64,000 nt of DNA, from NCBI GenBank assembly GCA_018334055.1, contig JAGXSS010000107.1:42211-106210 (forward strand), read 5' to 3'. The notes under the pieces are model-generated. The model saw only the letters and a list, made by a program, of their open reading frames with translations, was not told where the DNA came from and did no database searches. Source of the DNA: Peptococcaceae bacterium. GTDB lineage: Bacteria; Bacillota; UBA994. Positions 36,304 through 44,521 of the stretch are shown here, piece by piece (the stretch's first letter is position 1; each line of letters opens with the position of its first letter). A program made the translations under genes and the position numbers.

Positions 36304-36924
36304 CTAAAACAGCGCTGTTGCGACCCTTATAAACACGGGCGTTATAAGGACTTCGATTAAGCAGGCCAACACCATGAGAAAAATATAGGGGATGGTGTTT
36401 AAGGAGAATTTAGCCACGGATGTACCGCCCCGACGCTGGACTGTCCGCTGATTTGCGCCAAATATCACCGCGAAAGAAAAGGCAATCCCTGAGGCGCCCA
36501 GTCCCACCATTGCCGGTACTGCTAAGAGGTTATGGGGAATGATGGATGATAAGGCGAACAGGAAGCCTCTTATCCCAAACTCCTCTACGAGGAAACCTAC
36601 GCTAAACCCAATGATAAATCCACGCAAAAAAAGCAAGAGTAAGATGCCTGGCGCACCAAACACCAAGAGACCGCATAGCCATAAGATTGCGACCACTTGG
36701 AAATTCCCCCACACTACACTTTGCCAAGTGGCAGGTACGAGTGTCCCCACCATGATGCTCTCAAAATACGTATTGATGTACCTCACCAAGTCTTGACGCT
36801 GGGGCACTGTGACGGCGGTAATGGTGATAGCACCGCTGACGATTCCTACGACAAACATTATCGCAACTAGTACCAGCGCTAGCCACCGCTCCCGCCAGTG
36901 CAGAAGCAAAACACTATTTTTCAC
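36304..36924 (-). CDS. spoIIM: Stage II sporulation protein M
   Basis: The 206-aa polytopic membrane protein has the SpoIIM-family pattern (WRERWLALVLV...GNFQVVAILWLCGLL). Confidence 0.8.
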   Translation of the reverse strand: MKNSVLLLHWRERWLALVLVAIMFVVGIVSGAITITAVTVPQRQDLVRYINTYFESIMVGTLVPATWQSVVWGNFQVVAILWLCGLLVFGAPGILLLLFLRGFIIGFSVGFLVEEFGIRGFLFALSSIIPHNLLAVPAMVGLGASGIAFSFAVIFGANQRTVQRRGGTSVAKFSLNTIPYIFLMVLACLIEVLITPVFIRVATALF

Positions 36925-37014
36925 GCCGCCTGCCCTCCTCGAAAGTACATCAATAATATGTTATGCCGAACACCAGGCTTTCATAAGCACGGACGAGGTG
37001 AAGCCTATGTGTAT

Positions 37015-37052
37015 CCAAAGGAAAATCTCCCGGCCAGACATGACCGGGAGAT
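37015..37052 (-). terminator. Rho-independent terminator downstream of the oxidoreductase gamma-subunit gene
   Basis: The minus strand reads TCTCCCGGTCATGTCTGGCCGGGAGATTTTCCTTTGG. Confidence 0.65.
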
Positions 37053-37079
37053 AGAGCAGGATAGCGACTAAAAAACTGT

Positions 37080-37628
37080 TTAAGCCAAGACAGGTTCGAC
37101 GGATGCCCTACCTCGGGCGATGGCCTGGAGGTTAATAGGTAGCAGTTCTTGGCGATGCGCAGGCAAAATATTACGGAGGGCCTGCTCTAGGCTTGCCTCG
37201 CTGATCAGGCTGGTGGCCTCGAGCAAGGCACCCAGGGCCACCATGTTGGCCACCCGAGGTTGACCAAGCCCTGTTGCTATGTCATTTGCCTCTACGGCAA
37301 TGATGCGTATATCGGTGCGGGTCGGAGGGCGATTGATGAGCGAACTATTGTAGATCAAGAGGCCGCCTGGCTTTACAATGTCCTCAAATTTATCTAACGA
37401 TGGCAGATTCAAAGCAACTACTGCGTCCGGACTGGTTACCAGTGGAGATCCAACTTCCTCATCCGCAATGATTACCGTGCAATTGGCGGTACCGCCACGC
37501 ATCTCCGGACCATAAGAAGGCATCCAAGAAACTTGCTTCCCATCAAGCATGCCGGCATAGGTTAGGAGCTGCCCCATGAGCATGACACCTTGGCCCCCAA
37601 AGCCAGCCATAATTACGCCTAGAGTCAC
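37080..37628 (-). CDS. 2-oxoacid:ferredoxin oxidoreductase, gamma subunit
   Basis: GFGGQGVMLMGQLL and a length of 182 aa fit the gamma subunit. It overlaps the beta subunit by 4 nt. Confidence 0.8.
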   Translation of the reverse strand: MTLGVIMAGFGGQGVMLMGQLLTYAGMLDGKQVSWMPSYGPEMRGGTANCTVIIADEEVGSPLVTSPDAVVALNLPSLDKFEDIVKPGGLLIYNSSLINRPPTRTDIRIIAVEANDIATGLGQPRVANMVALGALLEATSLISEASLEQALRNILPAHRQELLPINLQAIARGRASVEPVLA

Positions 37629-38377
37629 TTCTTTTCACCTGCCTCGATGTCTTTATAATCACCTAAGGGGAAGTACGGCATCATATCACGCTGCACTTTC
37701 TCGAGCGATTCCTTTGGAGTCAGCCCCCAGTTTGTCGGACAAGTAGACAGTACCTCAACCAAAGTAAACCCCTTGCCGGCAATCTGATATTCAAATGCTT
37801 TCTTAATGGCCCGTTTTGCCTTTACGATGTTGGCAACATTGTGCACCGATACCCTAGCGATGTAAGCCGGGCCGTCCAGTGTCGCCAGCATCTCCGACAC
37901 CCGAATAGGAAACCCTTGCTTCTTGGTGTCTCGGCCATAGGGTGAGGTGGAGGTCTTATCCCCGGGCAGGGTTGTCGGTGCCATTTGTCCGCCCGTCATG
38001 CCATAGATGCCGTTGTTAACAAAAACAGTAGTAATTAGTTCACCGCGAGCGGCAGCATGGACAATTTCGGCACATCCGATGGAAGCCAAATCTCCATCCC
38101 CTTGGTAAGTAAAGACCACGCCCTCTGGAACAACTCGCTTTATCCCAGTAGCCACGGCTGGGGCTCGGCCATGCGCAGCTTCTTGCATATCACAAACAAA
38201 GTAGTTGTAGGCGAGTACCGCACAGCCGACCGGGGCGACGCCCACGGCTTTGTCGGCGATGCCGAGCTCATCAATGACCTCGGCGATGAGGCGGTGAATA
38301 ATGCCATGGGTACAGCCCGGACAATAATGGGTGGGCATATCGGTCAGGGATTTCGGACAGTCAAAGACCTTAACCAT
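37625..38377 (-). CDS. 2-oxoacid:ferredoxin oxidoreductase, beta subunit (TPP-binding)
   Basis: It has a TPP-binding fold (GDGD, CPGCTHG N-terminus) and is 250 aa long. Confidence 0.8.
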   Translation of the reverse strand: MVKVFDCPKSLTDMPTHYCPGCTHGIIHRLIAEVIDELGIADKAVGVAPVGCAVLAYNYFVCDMQEAAHGRAPAVATGIKRVVPEGVVFTYQGDGDLASIGCAEIVHAAARGELITTVFVNNGIYGMTGGQMAPTTLPGDKTSTSPYGRDTKKQGFPIRVSEMLATLDGPAYIARVSVHNVANIVKAKRAIKKAFEYQIAGKGFTLVEVLSTCPTNWGLTPKESLEKVQRDMMPYFPLGDYKDIEAGEKK

Positions 38378-38378
38378 G

Positions 38379-39443
38379 CTATTTAACCCCCATGATCTGC
38401 AATACTTGTGTTGCTATCTCATTAGGTGTGGGTACGATACCACCCATGCGGCCATAAAAATGCACCGGTCTCGCTCCGTTGACAACGAGCTTTACATCCT
38501 CTACCATTTGGCCGGCACTCATCTCCACACAAAGGAAGTCTTTGGCCACAGGCATGACCTTGGCAAAAGCATCCTCAGGGAATGGCCACAAGGAAATGGG
38601 CCTGAGCAATCCCACACGATGTCCTTGATCTCGCAATTGAGCAATGGCGGTCTTAACGATGCGCGCCGTGGAACCGTAGGCTACAACGACTAATTCGGCA
38701 TCATCGCAATGCAAGAGCTCTGCCTTTTGTTCCGCTACCTTGATGAGTGCGTATTTTTCCTGCAAGTGTATATTATGGGCTTCTAAATCAATGGCATGGA
38801 GCACCAAAGAATTTATTACGTTTTTTTGTCCATTGTGGTTGCAGAGTCCGGTGGTTGCCCAGTCCTTGGCGGGTAACTCACGCGGAGTTGACTGTCTGAA
38901 CTCCACCGGCTCCATCATTTGCCCAAGCAAGCCATCTCCGAGAATGAGGACGGGATTGCGGTATAAATCGGCGATGTCAAATGCCTCGGTCACCAGGTCG
39001 ACAGCCTCTTGAAGGTTTGCCGGGGCTAGCACAACTAATCGGTAATCACCATGCCCGCCACCCTTGACGGACTGAAAATAATCGCCTTGTCCGGGCTGAA
39101 TGCTGCCTAGGCCCGGTCCTCCGCGCACGATATTGACAATTACAGCCGGTAGCTGTGCACCAGCCATATAAGAAATACCTTCTTGCTTGAGACTGATTCC
39201 TGGACTTGACGAAGAGGTCATTACTCTCGCCCCCGCGCCTGCTGCCCCATAGACCATGTTGATGGCCGAAACTTCACTTTCGGCCTGAACAAATGTCCCT
39301 CCTACCTCGGGTAAGCGCCGCGACATGTATTCAGGTAACTCGTTCTGAGGGGTTATCGGATATCCGAAAAAAAAGCGACAACCAGCTCTAATGGCGGCTT
39401 CGGCAATGGCCTCATTGCCCTTCATTAAGACACGTTGTTTCAC
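38379..39443 (-). CDS. 2-oxoacid:ferredoxin oxidoreductase, alpha subunit
   Basis: The 354-aa pyrimidine-binding domain starts with FFFGYPITPQNE. Confidence 0.8.
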   Translation of the reverse strand: MKQRVLMKGNEAIAEAAIRAGCRFFFGYPITPQNELPEYMSRRLPEVGGTFVQAESEVSAINMVYGAAGAGARVMTSSSSPGISLKQEGISYMAGAQLPAVIVNIVRGGPGLGSIQPGQGDYFQSVKGGGHGDYRLVVLAPANLQEAVDLVTEAFDIADLYRNPVLILGDGLLGQMMEPVEFRQSTPRELPAKDWATTGLCNHNGQKNVINSLVLHAIDLEAHNIHLQEKYALIKVAEQKAELLHCDDAELVVVAYGSTARIVKTAIAQLRDQGHRVGLLRPISLWPFPEDAFAKVMPVAKDFLCVEMSAGQMVEDVKLVVNGARPVHFYGRMGGIVPTPNEIATQVLQIMGVK

Positions 39444-39454
39444 GGCTCACCCTC

Positions 39455-39658
39455 CTACTTATCGACTGAAATAACTACATCCGGACAGATGCGGGCACAG
39501 GCTGCACAAGCGATGCATTTGGACATATCACTTACCCCGGCAGGATTAAAACCCCGCTTATTAAACTTCTTCTGCATTATAACAATTTTTACCGGACAGA
39601 CATGGATGCATAATTCACAACCCTTGCATCTCTCTTCATTGAATGTCACCTTGGCCAT
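39455..39658 (-). CDS. 2-oxoacid:ferredoxin oxidoreductase, delta subunit (2x[4Fe-4S] ferredoxin)
   Basis: MAKVTFNEERCKGCELCIHVCPV...CIACAACARICPD has two CxxCxxCxxxCP motifs. The true start is the internal ATG with a GGAGG SD. The track ORF is over-extended at the N-terminus. Confidence 0.8.
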   Translation of the reverse strand: MAKVTFNEERCKGCELCIHVCPVKIVIMQKKFNKRGFNPAGVSDMSKCIACAACARICPDVVISVDK

Positions 39659-39660
39659 TA

Positions 39661-40377
39661 TTAAACCTCCCCAGCATAATTGTTTCCCGTCGCCCAAGGG
39701 GGCAACATATAGAGCCCAAGCTGCAAAACCGGAACATTTGGCAACATAACGCTTACTGCGGGGGCAATTGCAGGCACACAACTCACGAAGGCTGTGGGCA
39801 AACCAGTGCGCACCTCAAGCTCCCCGAGAAGGTCCTGCCCACGCAACAAATCCTCTGGTGTGGTAAACCCCATGAGGTTGGAATTATTGCAGAGAGCGGT
39901 AATTCGCAAGCGTGACTTACTCTCAATGGCAGAGATAAGTCGCTGCATGGCATCAACATTATCGGTGTATGGTCGGTAGGGGTTGACCACCAAGATCATG
40001 TCATAGGAGCCCTCGGGTAAATCGGCTTGATATCTCCCTAGCACCGTCGCACCAGCCGGATCGCCCCCCACATCGAGGACTACCTGCTGCTGTGTGTCGT
40101 GTAAGCTACCGCTGATGCTTGCCGGGAGAGCGGGCAAATCAGCATGGCGCAAATCGCCGGCAGGCGCAATTACGTGAATTCCCCGCTTGGCAAGTTCCTC
40201 GAATTTGTCGCGACTGCGAAAGTACAGATTCACAATGTCCACATCAATCAGGGAAACTATGGCTTCGTTCCCATAAAAACTGCGCTTAGCCAGACTTAGG
40301 TTTATGGCGACCTCCGTCTTGCCACTGCCGTAGCTCCCAGTAATAATTGAGACACGATGATGCCACAGGCTATTCAT
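39661..40377 (-). CDS. SIMIBI-class P-loop NTPase of unknown function (HypB/UreG/CooC-like Walker A: GSYGSGKT)
   Basis: The 238-aa product has Walker A SIITGSYGSGKTEVAINL, a Walker B-like VVLDVGGD and no NKxD motif. Its start overlaps the buk1 stop by 8 nt, so it sits in the operon between buk1 and the oxidoreductase genes. Confidence 0.6.
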   Translation of the reverse strand: MNSLWHHRVSIITGSYGSGKTEVAINLSLAKRSFYGNEAIVSLIDVDIVNLYFRSRDKFEELAKRGIHVIAPAGDLRHADLPALPASISGSLHDTQQQVVLDVGGDPAGATVLGRYQADLPEGSYDMILVVNPYRPYTDNVDAMQRLISAIESKSRLRITALCNNSNLMGFTTPEDLLRGQDLLGELEVRTGLPTAFVSCVPAIAPAVSVMLPNVPVLQLGLYMLPPWATGNNYAGEV

Positions 40378-41446
40378 AGGTATAGTCTTGCTCCTGACCA
40401 GTAAGTACCCTCAGGGCACCTTCACAGAGAGCCGACATCTCCCCTTCTCCCGGCATAACTTCTATTGGGGCAATAAATGAAACAGCTTCAGTGATCCAGG
40501 GAATGAGGGCTTCCTTATTGTACGCCAGGCCTCCCGTAAGAATGATTACATCCACTTTGCCTTTTAAGGCAGCGGCCATCGCCCCGATTTCCTTTGCTAC
40601 TTGGTAGGCGAAAGCCCTAAAAATCAAGCCCGCATACACATCGCCAGATGCCATCCGGCGAGCAACCTCCCGACCGTCATTGGTGCCCAAGTAGGCAACC
40701 ATGCCGCCCTGACCGGTAATCATTTTCTTAATCTCACCGTGAGAATACTTACCGCTAAAACACAGGCGTGCTAATTCACCCGCTGGCAAACCACCACTTC
40801 TCTCAGGGGAAAAGGGGCCATCCCCGTCTAGGGCATTGTTCACATCAATGACACGCCCTTGTGAATGTGCGCCTACAGATACTCCCCCACCCAAATGGGC
40901 GACAATTAGGTTGAGAGCTTCATACTTTACGCCCTTGGCGCGCGCATAGCGCTTGGCCACCGCTTTTTGATTAAGAGCATGAAAGATGCTGCGACGGGAA
41001 ATTTCGGGGTGACCGGAAATCCTCGCCACATCCTGCATCTCATCCACCACCACAGGGTCTACAATGAAGGCGGGTATGCCAAGTTCATCGGCTAGATCCT
41101 TGGCCAAGAGTCCGCCCAAGTTGCTGGCGTGTTCTCCGCGTTCCGCCGCGTGCAGATCACGCACCATGGCGGCATTGACTCTATAGGTGCCGGAGGGGAT
41201 GGGCTTGAGTAACCCGCCGCGGCCAACTACGGCCGATAAACGACTGACCGCAAAACCTTGCTCAGCCAGAAAACGAGTAATGACCTGCCGGCGGAACGCA
41301 TACTGCTCGGCAATCCTACTAAACGGTGCCAATTCCTCGTTAGTGTGGCTGAGGTTATCCTCCATCACCACTTTGTCATTTTCGAAGAGAGCTATTTTCG
41401 TAGATGTCGACCCAGGGTTAATCGCCAAAACATAGTGTTTGGTCAT
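40370..41446 (-). CDS. buk: Butyrate (branched-chain acyl) kinase 1
   Basis: YVLAINPGSTSTKIALF is the ASKHA acetate/butyrate kinase N-terminus. Length is 358 aa. Confidence 0.85.
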   Translation of the reverse strand: MTKHYVLAINPGSTSTKIALFENDKVVMEDNLSHTNEELAPFSRIAEQYAFRRQVITRFLAEQGFAVSRLSAVVGRGGLLKPIPSGTYRVNAAMVRDLHAAERGEHASNLGGLLAKDLADELGIPAFIVDPVVVDEMQDVARISGHPEISRRSIFHALNQKAVAKRYARAKGVKYEALNLIVAHLGGGVSVGAHSQGRVIDVNNALDGDGPFSPERSGGLPAGELARLCFSGKYSHGEIKKMITGQGGMVAYLGTNDGREVARRMASGDVYAGLIFRAFAYQVAKEIGAMAAALKGKVDVIILTGGLAYNKEALIPWITEAVSFIAPIEVMPGEGEMSALCEGALRVLTGQEQDYTYE

Positions 41447-41447
41447 T

Positions 41448-42356
41448 TTAATACCTCCCCGCTACCACACTGGCGCAAGCAATAGACAATAATTTAGCCT
41501 CCGGAGAATCGGAGCGCGATGTCAAGACAATAGGCGCTGCCGCCCCTACGATTAGACCGGCCACTCGAGCGCGAGCCAAATAGACGAGAGTCTTGTATAG
41601 AACATTGCCAACCTCGATAGTCGGTACCAACAGAATATCTGCATCTCCCGCCACCTGTGATTGAATGCCCTTGTGCCGAGCAGCATCAAGACTTATGGCC
41701 CCATCGAGAGCTAGGGGACCATGGACAAGACAGTTTTTAATTTCTCCCCGCTCTGCCATTAGCTGCAATTCGTAGGCCTCCACCGTGGCCTGCATCTTGG
41801 GGTTGACCACCTCTACTGCCGCTAATGCTGCTACTTTTGGCAGGTCAACACCTAGCGCACGAGCTACGTCGACCGCGTTTTGCAGAATGTCCACTTTTTG
41901 TGCTAGATCTGGCGCGATGTTCTGTCCTCCATCGGTCATAAAGAGCATTTTGTGGTAGGTCGGCACCTCGATCAGCGCGACATGGCTAAGGACCCGACCT
42001 GTGCGCAGCCCGTTTTCCTTGTCTAGCACCGCCCGAAGAATATCTGCGGTACCAATTAGGCCTTTCATCAGCATATGAGCGCGTCCCTCGCGCACTAGGG
42101 TCACCGCCACTTTCGCGGCCATGATTCTGTCGGGTACATTGATGATTTCCATGCCGGTAAGATTGAGAGCCGACTCCTTTGCTACCATGAGAATCTTCTC
42201 AGCGTCACCCACCAAACACGCCTCCGCCAAACCTGAAGCTTGGGCCGCAGTAAGGGCCGCGAGAACCTCCGCATCCTCAGCAACCGCCACTGCTACACGA
42301 CGTCTTGGCCCTCGTTTCGCCTGTTCGAGCACTTGGTCAAAAGATTTGATCAACAA
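41448..42356 (-). CDS. ptb: Phosphate butyryltransferase (phosphate acyltransferase)
   Basis: The 302-aa product belongs to the Pta/Ptb family (GLIGTADILRAVL..., SDSPEAKLLSIA). Confidence 0.85.
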   Translation of the reverse strand: MLIKSFDQVLEQAKRGPRRRVAVAVAEDAEVLAALTAAQASGLAEACLVGDAEKILMVAKESALNLTGMEIINVPDRIMAAKVAVTLVREGRAHMLMKGLIGTADILRAVLDKENGLRTGRVLSHVALIEVPTYHKMLFMTDGGQNIAPDLAQKVDILQNAVDVARALGVDLPKVAALAAVEVVNPKMQATVEAYELQLMAERGEIKNCLVHGPLALDGAISLDAARHKGIQSQVAGDADILLVPTIEVGNVLYKTLVYLARARVAGLIVGAAAPIVLTSRSDSPEAKLLSIACASVVAGRY

Positions 42357-42368
42357 AAAACACCCCCA

Positions 42369-43451
42369 TCAATATTGCTTAGCTTGTTCTTCCCCGGCCA
42401 ATACACGACAGACGCCTTCAGCAAGCGCTAACATTTCATCTTCACCTGGCCAGACCTTCACTGGGGCAATAAATTCTACGTATTGGGAAATATCCCTAAC
42501 CAAGGAATCCGAGTTGGCTAGGCCTCCCGTCAAGATTATGGCATCTACTTTCCCATGAAGAACGGTAGACATGGCGCCGATTTCCTTAGCAATTTGGTAG
42601 GCCATAGCGCGCATAATTAGCTGTGCCTGGACATCACCTCGACCGGCACGTTGATACGCCTCGCGCGCATCATTGGTGCCTAAGTAGGCCACCATTCCGC
42701 CCTGTCCAGCAATTTGCTTCTTTATTTCCTGCGCACTATAGCGGCCACTAAAACACAGCGCTGCCAACTCTCCCGCAGGCAAAGAACCTGTTCGTTCAGG
42801 AGAGAATGGACCCATTTCGTTGGCGTTGTTGACATCCATGATTCTACCATTTTGGAGGGGAGCCACGGAAATACCGCCACCCAGATGCGCCACCACCAAT
42901 CGGCTGTTGAAGAACGACAACCCCATCTCGCGACAAACGCGCCTTGCTACCGCCTTAATATTTAGGGCATGACTAAGACTTCTGCGCACAATAAGCGGAT
43001 GCCCAGAGATTCTCGCTAAATCCGTAAATTCATCCACAGAAACGGGATCAACAACATAGGCCTGTACACCTAAAGATTGGGCGATTCCATGAGCGAGCAA
43101 CCCTCCTAGATTCGAGGCATGCTGCCCCTGCACGCCGCTTTGCAAGTCTTGCAGCAAGGCATCACTCGTGGCATAGGTACCACCGGGAAGAGGACGCAAC
43201 AATCCCCCCATACCGGCAACCGCATCAATCTGGCGATCCCCTCCCAAAGCAGAGAGAGCGGTGCCGAGAAACGCTTCGACTGTGGTGAGCCTAAATGAGC
43301 ACTGCTCAATAATACCCGGATAGACGGCCAACTCCTCCGCCTTGTGGGCAATACTCTGCATCCTGAAGCACTTCGTGCCAAGATACAGAGCTACCTTGGT
43401 AGAAGTACTCCCAGGGTTAATGAGTAGCAACACGTAATCCGCCAAGCACAT
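42369..43451 (-). CDS. buk2: Butyrate (branched-chain acyl) kinase 2
   Basis: I moved the start to the internal ATG (MCLADYVLLLINPGSTSTKVALY), which has a GGAAGGAG SD. The product is a paralogue of buk1. Confidence 0.8.
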   Translation of the reverse strand: MCLADYVLLLINPGSTSTKVALYLGTKCFRMQSIAHKAEELAVYPGIIEQCSFRLTTVEAFLGTALSALGGDRQIDAVAGMGGLLRPLPGGTYATSDALLQDLQSGVQGQHASNLGGLLAHGIAQSLGVQAYVVDPVSVDEFTDLARISGHPLIVRRSLSHALNIKAVARRVCREMGLSFFNSRLVVAHLGGGISVAPLQNGRIMDVNNANEMGPFSPERTGSLPAGELAALCFSGRYSAQEIKKQIAGQGGMVAYLGTNDAREAYQRAGRGDVQAQLIMRAMAYQIAKEIGAMSTVLHGKVDAIILTGGLANSDSLVRDISQYVEFIAPVKVWPGEDEMLALAEGVCRVLAGEEQAKQY

Positions 43452-43531
43452 ACTCCTTCCTACGATGTCCCTTGACAATAATATAACTTCCACAGAGACA
43501 TAAAACACTTTAAAAGAAAATTGCGTGTTTT

Positions 43532-43567
43532 GCCAAAATCAAAAGGCTGTCCAAGGAGGAGCAGCCT
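43532..43567 (-). terminator. Rho-independent terminator downstream of spo0A
   Basis: The minus strand reads GGCTGCTCCTCCTTGGACAGCCTTTTGATTTTGG. Confidence 0.65.
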
Positions 43568-43591
43568 AATTATACACCACTATGTTGTTGC

Positions 43592-44362
43592 CTATACAGC
43601 TCTCTCCAACCGCAAGCGATCGGCGACTTTGGCAATAAATTCAGAATTGGTAGGTTTGCCACGGCGATAATCCACAGTATAGCCGAAGAGCCGATTTATG
43701 GCCTCGACATTACCGCGGCCCCAGGCTACTTCAATGGCATGACGAATGGCCCGCTCTACCCGACTGGGCGTGGATTCATGCTGCTTAGCAATTTTGGGAT
43801 AGAGTATCTTGGTGATGCTGTTTAGGAGCTGCATCTCACCCGCAACCAAGACTATGGCTTCTCGTAAGTATTGATAGCCCCTGATATTTGCAGGTATCCC
43901 CAGCTCGTGCAATAAGTCTGAGATTTTTTGCTCGAGATGTCTGGCTTGCTGCTTCTCTGTGATATGGACGATGGGCAAAGGTTCGCTGACAACCAGTTGT
44001 TGTATACGCTGCGCTAATGTCTCTAAGTTAAAGGGCTTCAATATATAATAGCTGGCACCGAGTTCTAAAACGCGCTTGGTCATTTGTTCTTGTCCAATAG
44101 CTGTTAACATAATTGTTTTCGGCCTATCTTTTTCAGGTAGTGCCGCCATGCGTTCTAGCACTCCGATGCCATCGAGATGCGGCATGATAATGTCTAGCAC
44201 ACAGACATGGGGCTTTAAGCTCTGCATAAGTCTTAGTGCCTCGTCACCGTTATGCCCCATTCCTACCACTTGGATTTCTGGCCGCTTTGATAAGAATTCA
44301 CTCAGAAGTTCACAGAAGTCCCTATTATCGTCGACAATCAAGACCTTAGTCTTTTCCCTCAC
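43592..44362 (-). CDS. spo0A: Sporulation master regulator Spo0A (response regulator)
   Basis: It has a receiver domain ([12 protein letters not shown]-box) and the Spo0A-specific C-terminal DNA-binding domain ([30 protein letters not shown]). I moved the start to the GTG at 44362, which has a GGGGAGGAG SD. Confidence 0.9.
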   Translation of the reverse strand: MREKTKVLIVDDNRDFCELLSEFLSKRPEIQVVGMGHNGDEALRLMQSLKPHVCVLDIIMPHLDGIGVLERMAALPEKDRPKTIMLTAIGQEQMTKRVLELGASYYILKPFNLETLAQRIQQLVVSEPLPIVHITEKQQARHLEQKISDLLHELGIPANIRGYQYLREAIVLVAGEMQLLNSITKILYPKIAKQHESTPSRVERAIRHAIEVAWGRGNVEAINRLFGYTVDYRRGKPTNSEFIAKVADRLRLERAV

Positions 44363-44400
44363 CGGCAATCTCCTCCCCTGCTCCACCTACACCAGTTAGC

Positions 44401-44460
44401 TTTCTACAGGCCCTTGCCGTATTCCTGCCAAATATTTTCACTTACTTACTGTATTATAAA
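44401..44460 (-). promoter_or_regulatory. spo0A upstream region: a perfect sigma-A -10 (TATAAT) followed by a sigma-H-like AGGAATA-N12-gtaGAAA element (dual-promoter arrangement as in B. subtilis Pv/Ps)
   Basis: This is seen on the minus strand about 95 and 40-65 nt upstream of the GTG start at 44362. There is no convincing -35 for the TATAAT. Confidence 0.3.
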
Positions 44461-44521
44461 TATTTTTCACGACTGTTCAGGCAACAATGAGCACTGGCAT
44501 GCACCAATGCTCACCTCAGTT

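Noticed and set aside
44386-44386. Track start for spo0A at 44386 (MEQGRRLPV...). The track also gives over-long starts for the flavoprotein (13542), DUF1614 (8486), spoIIIAC (61063), the oxidoreductase delta subunit (39781) and xseB (52850).
   Set aside because: In each case a downstream ATG/GTG/TTG with a clear Shine-Dalgarno sequence gives a product matching the family N-terminus and removes overlaps with the upstream gene.
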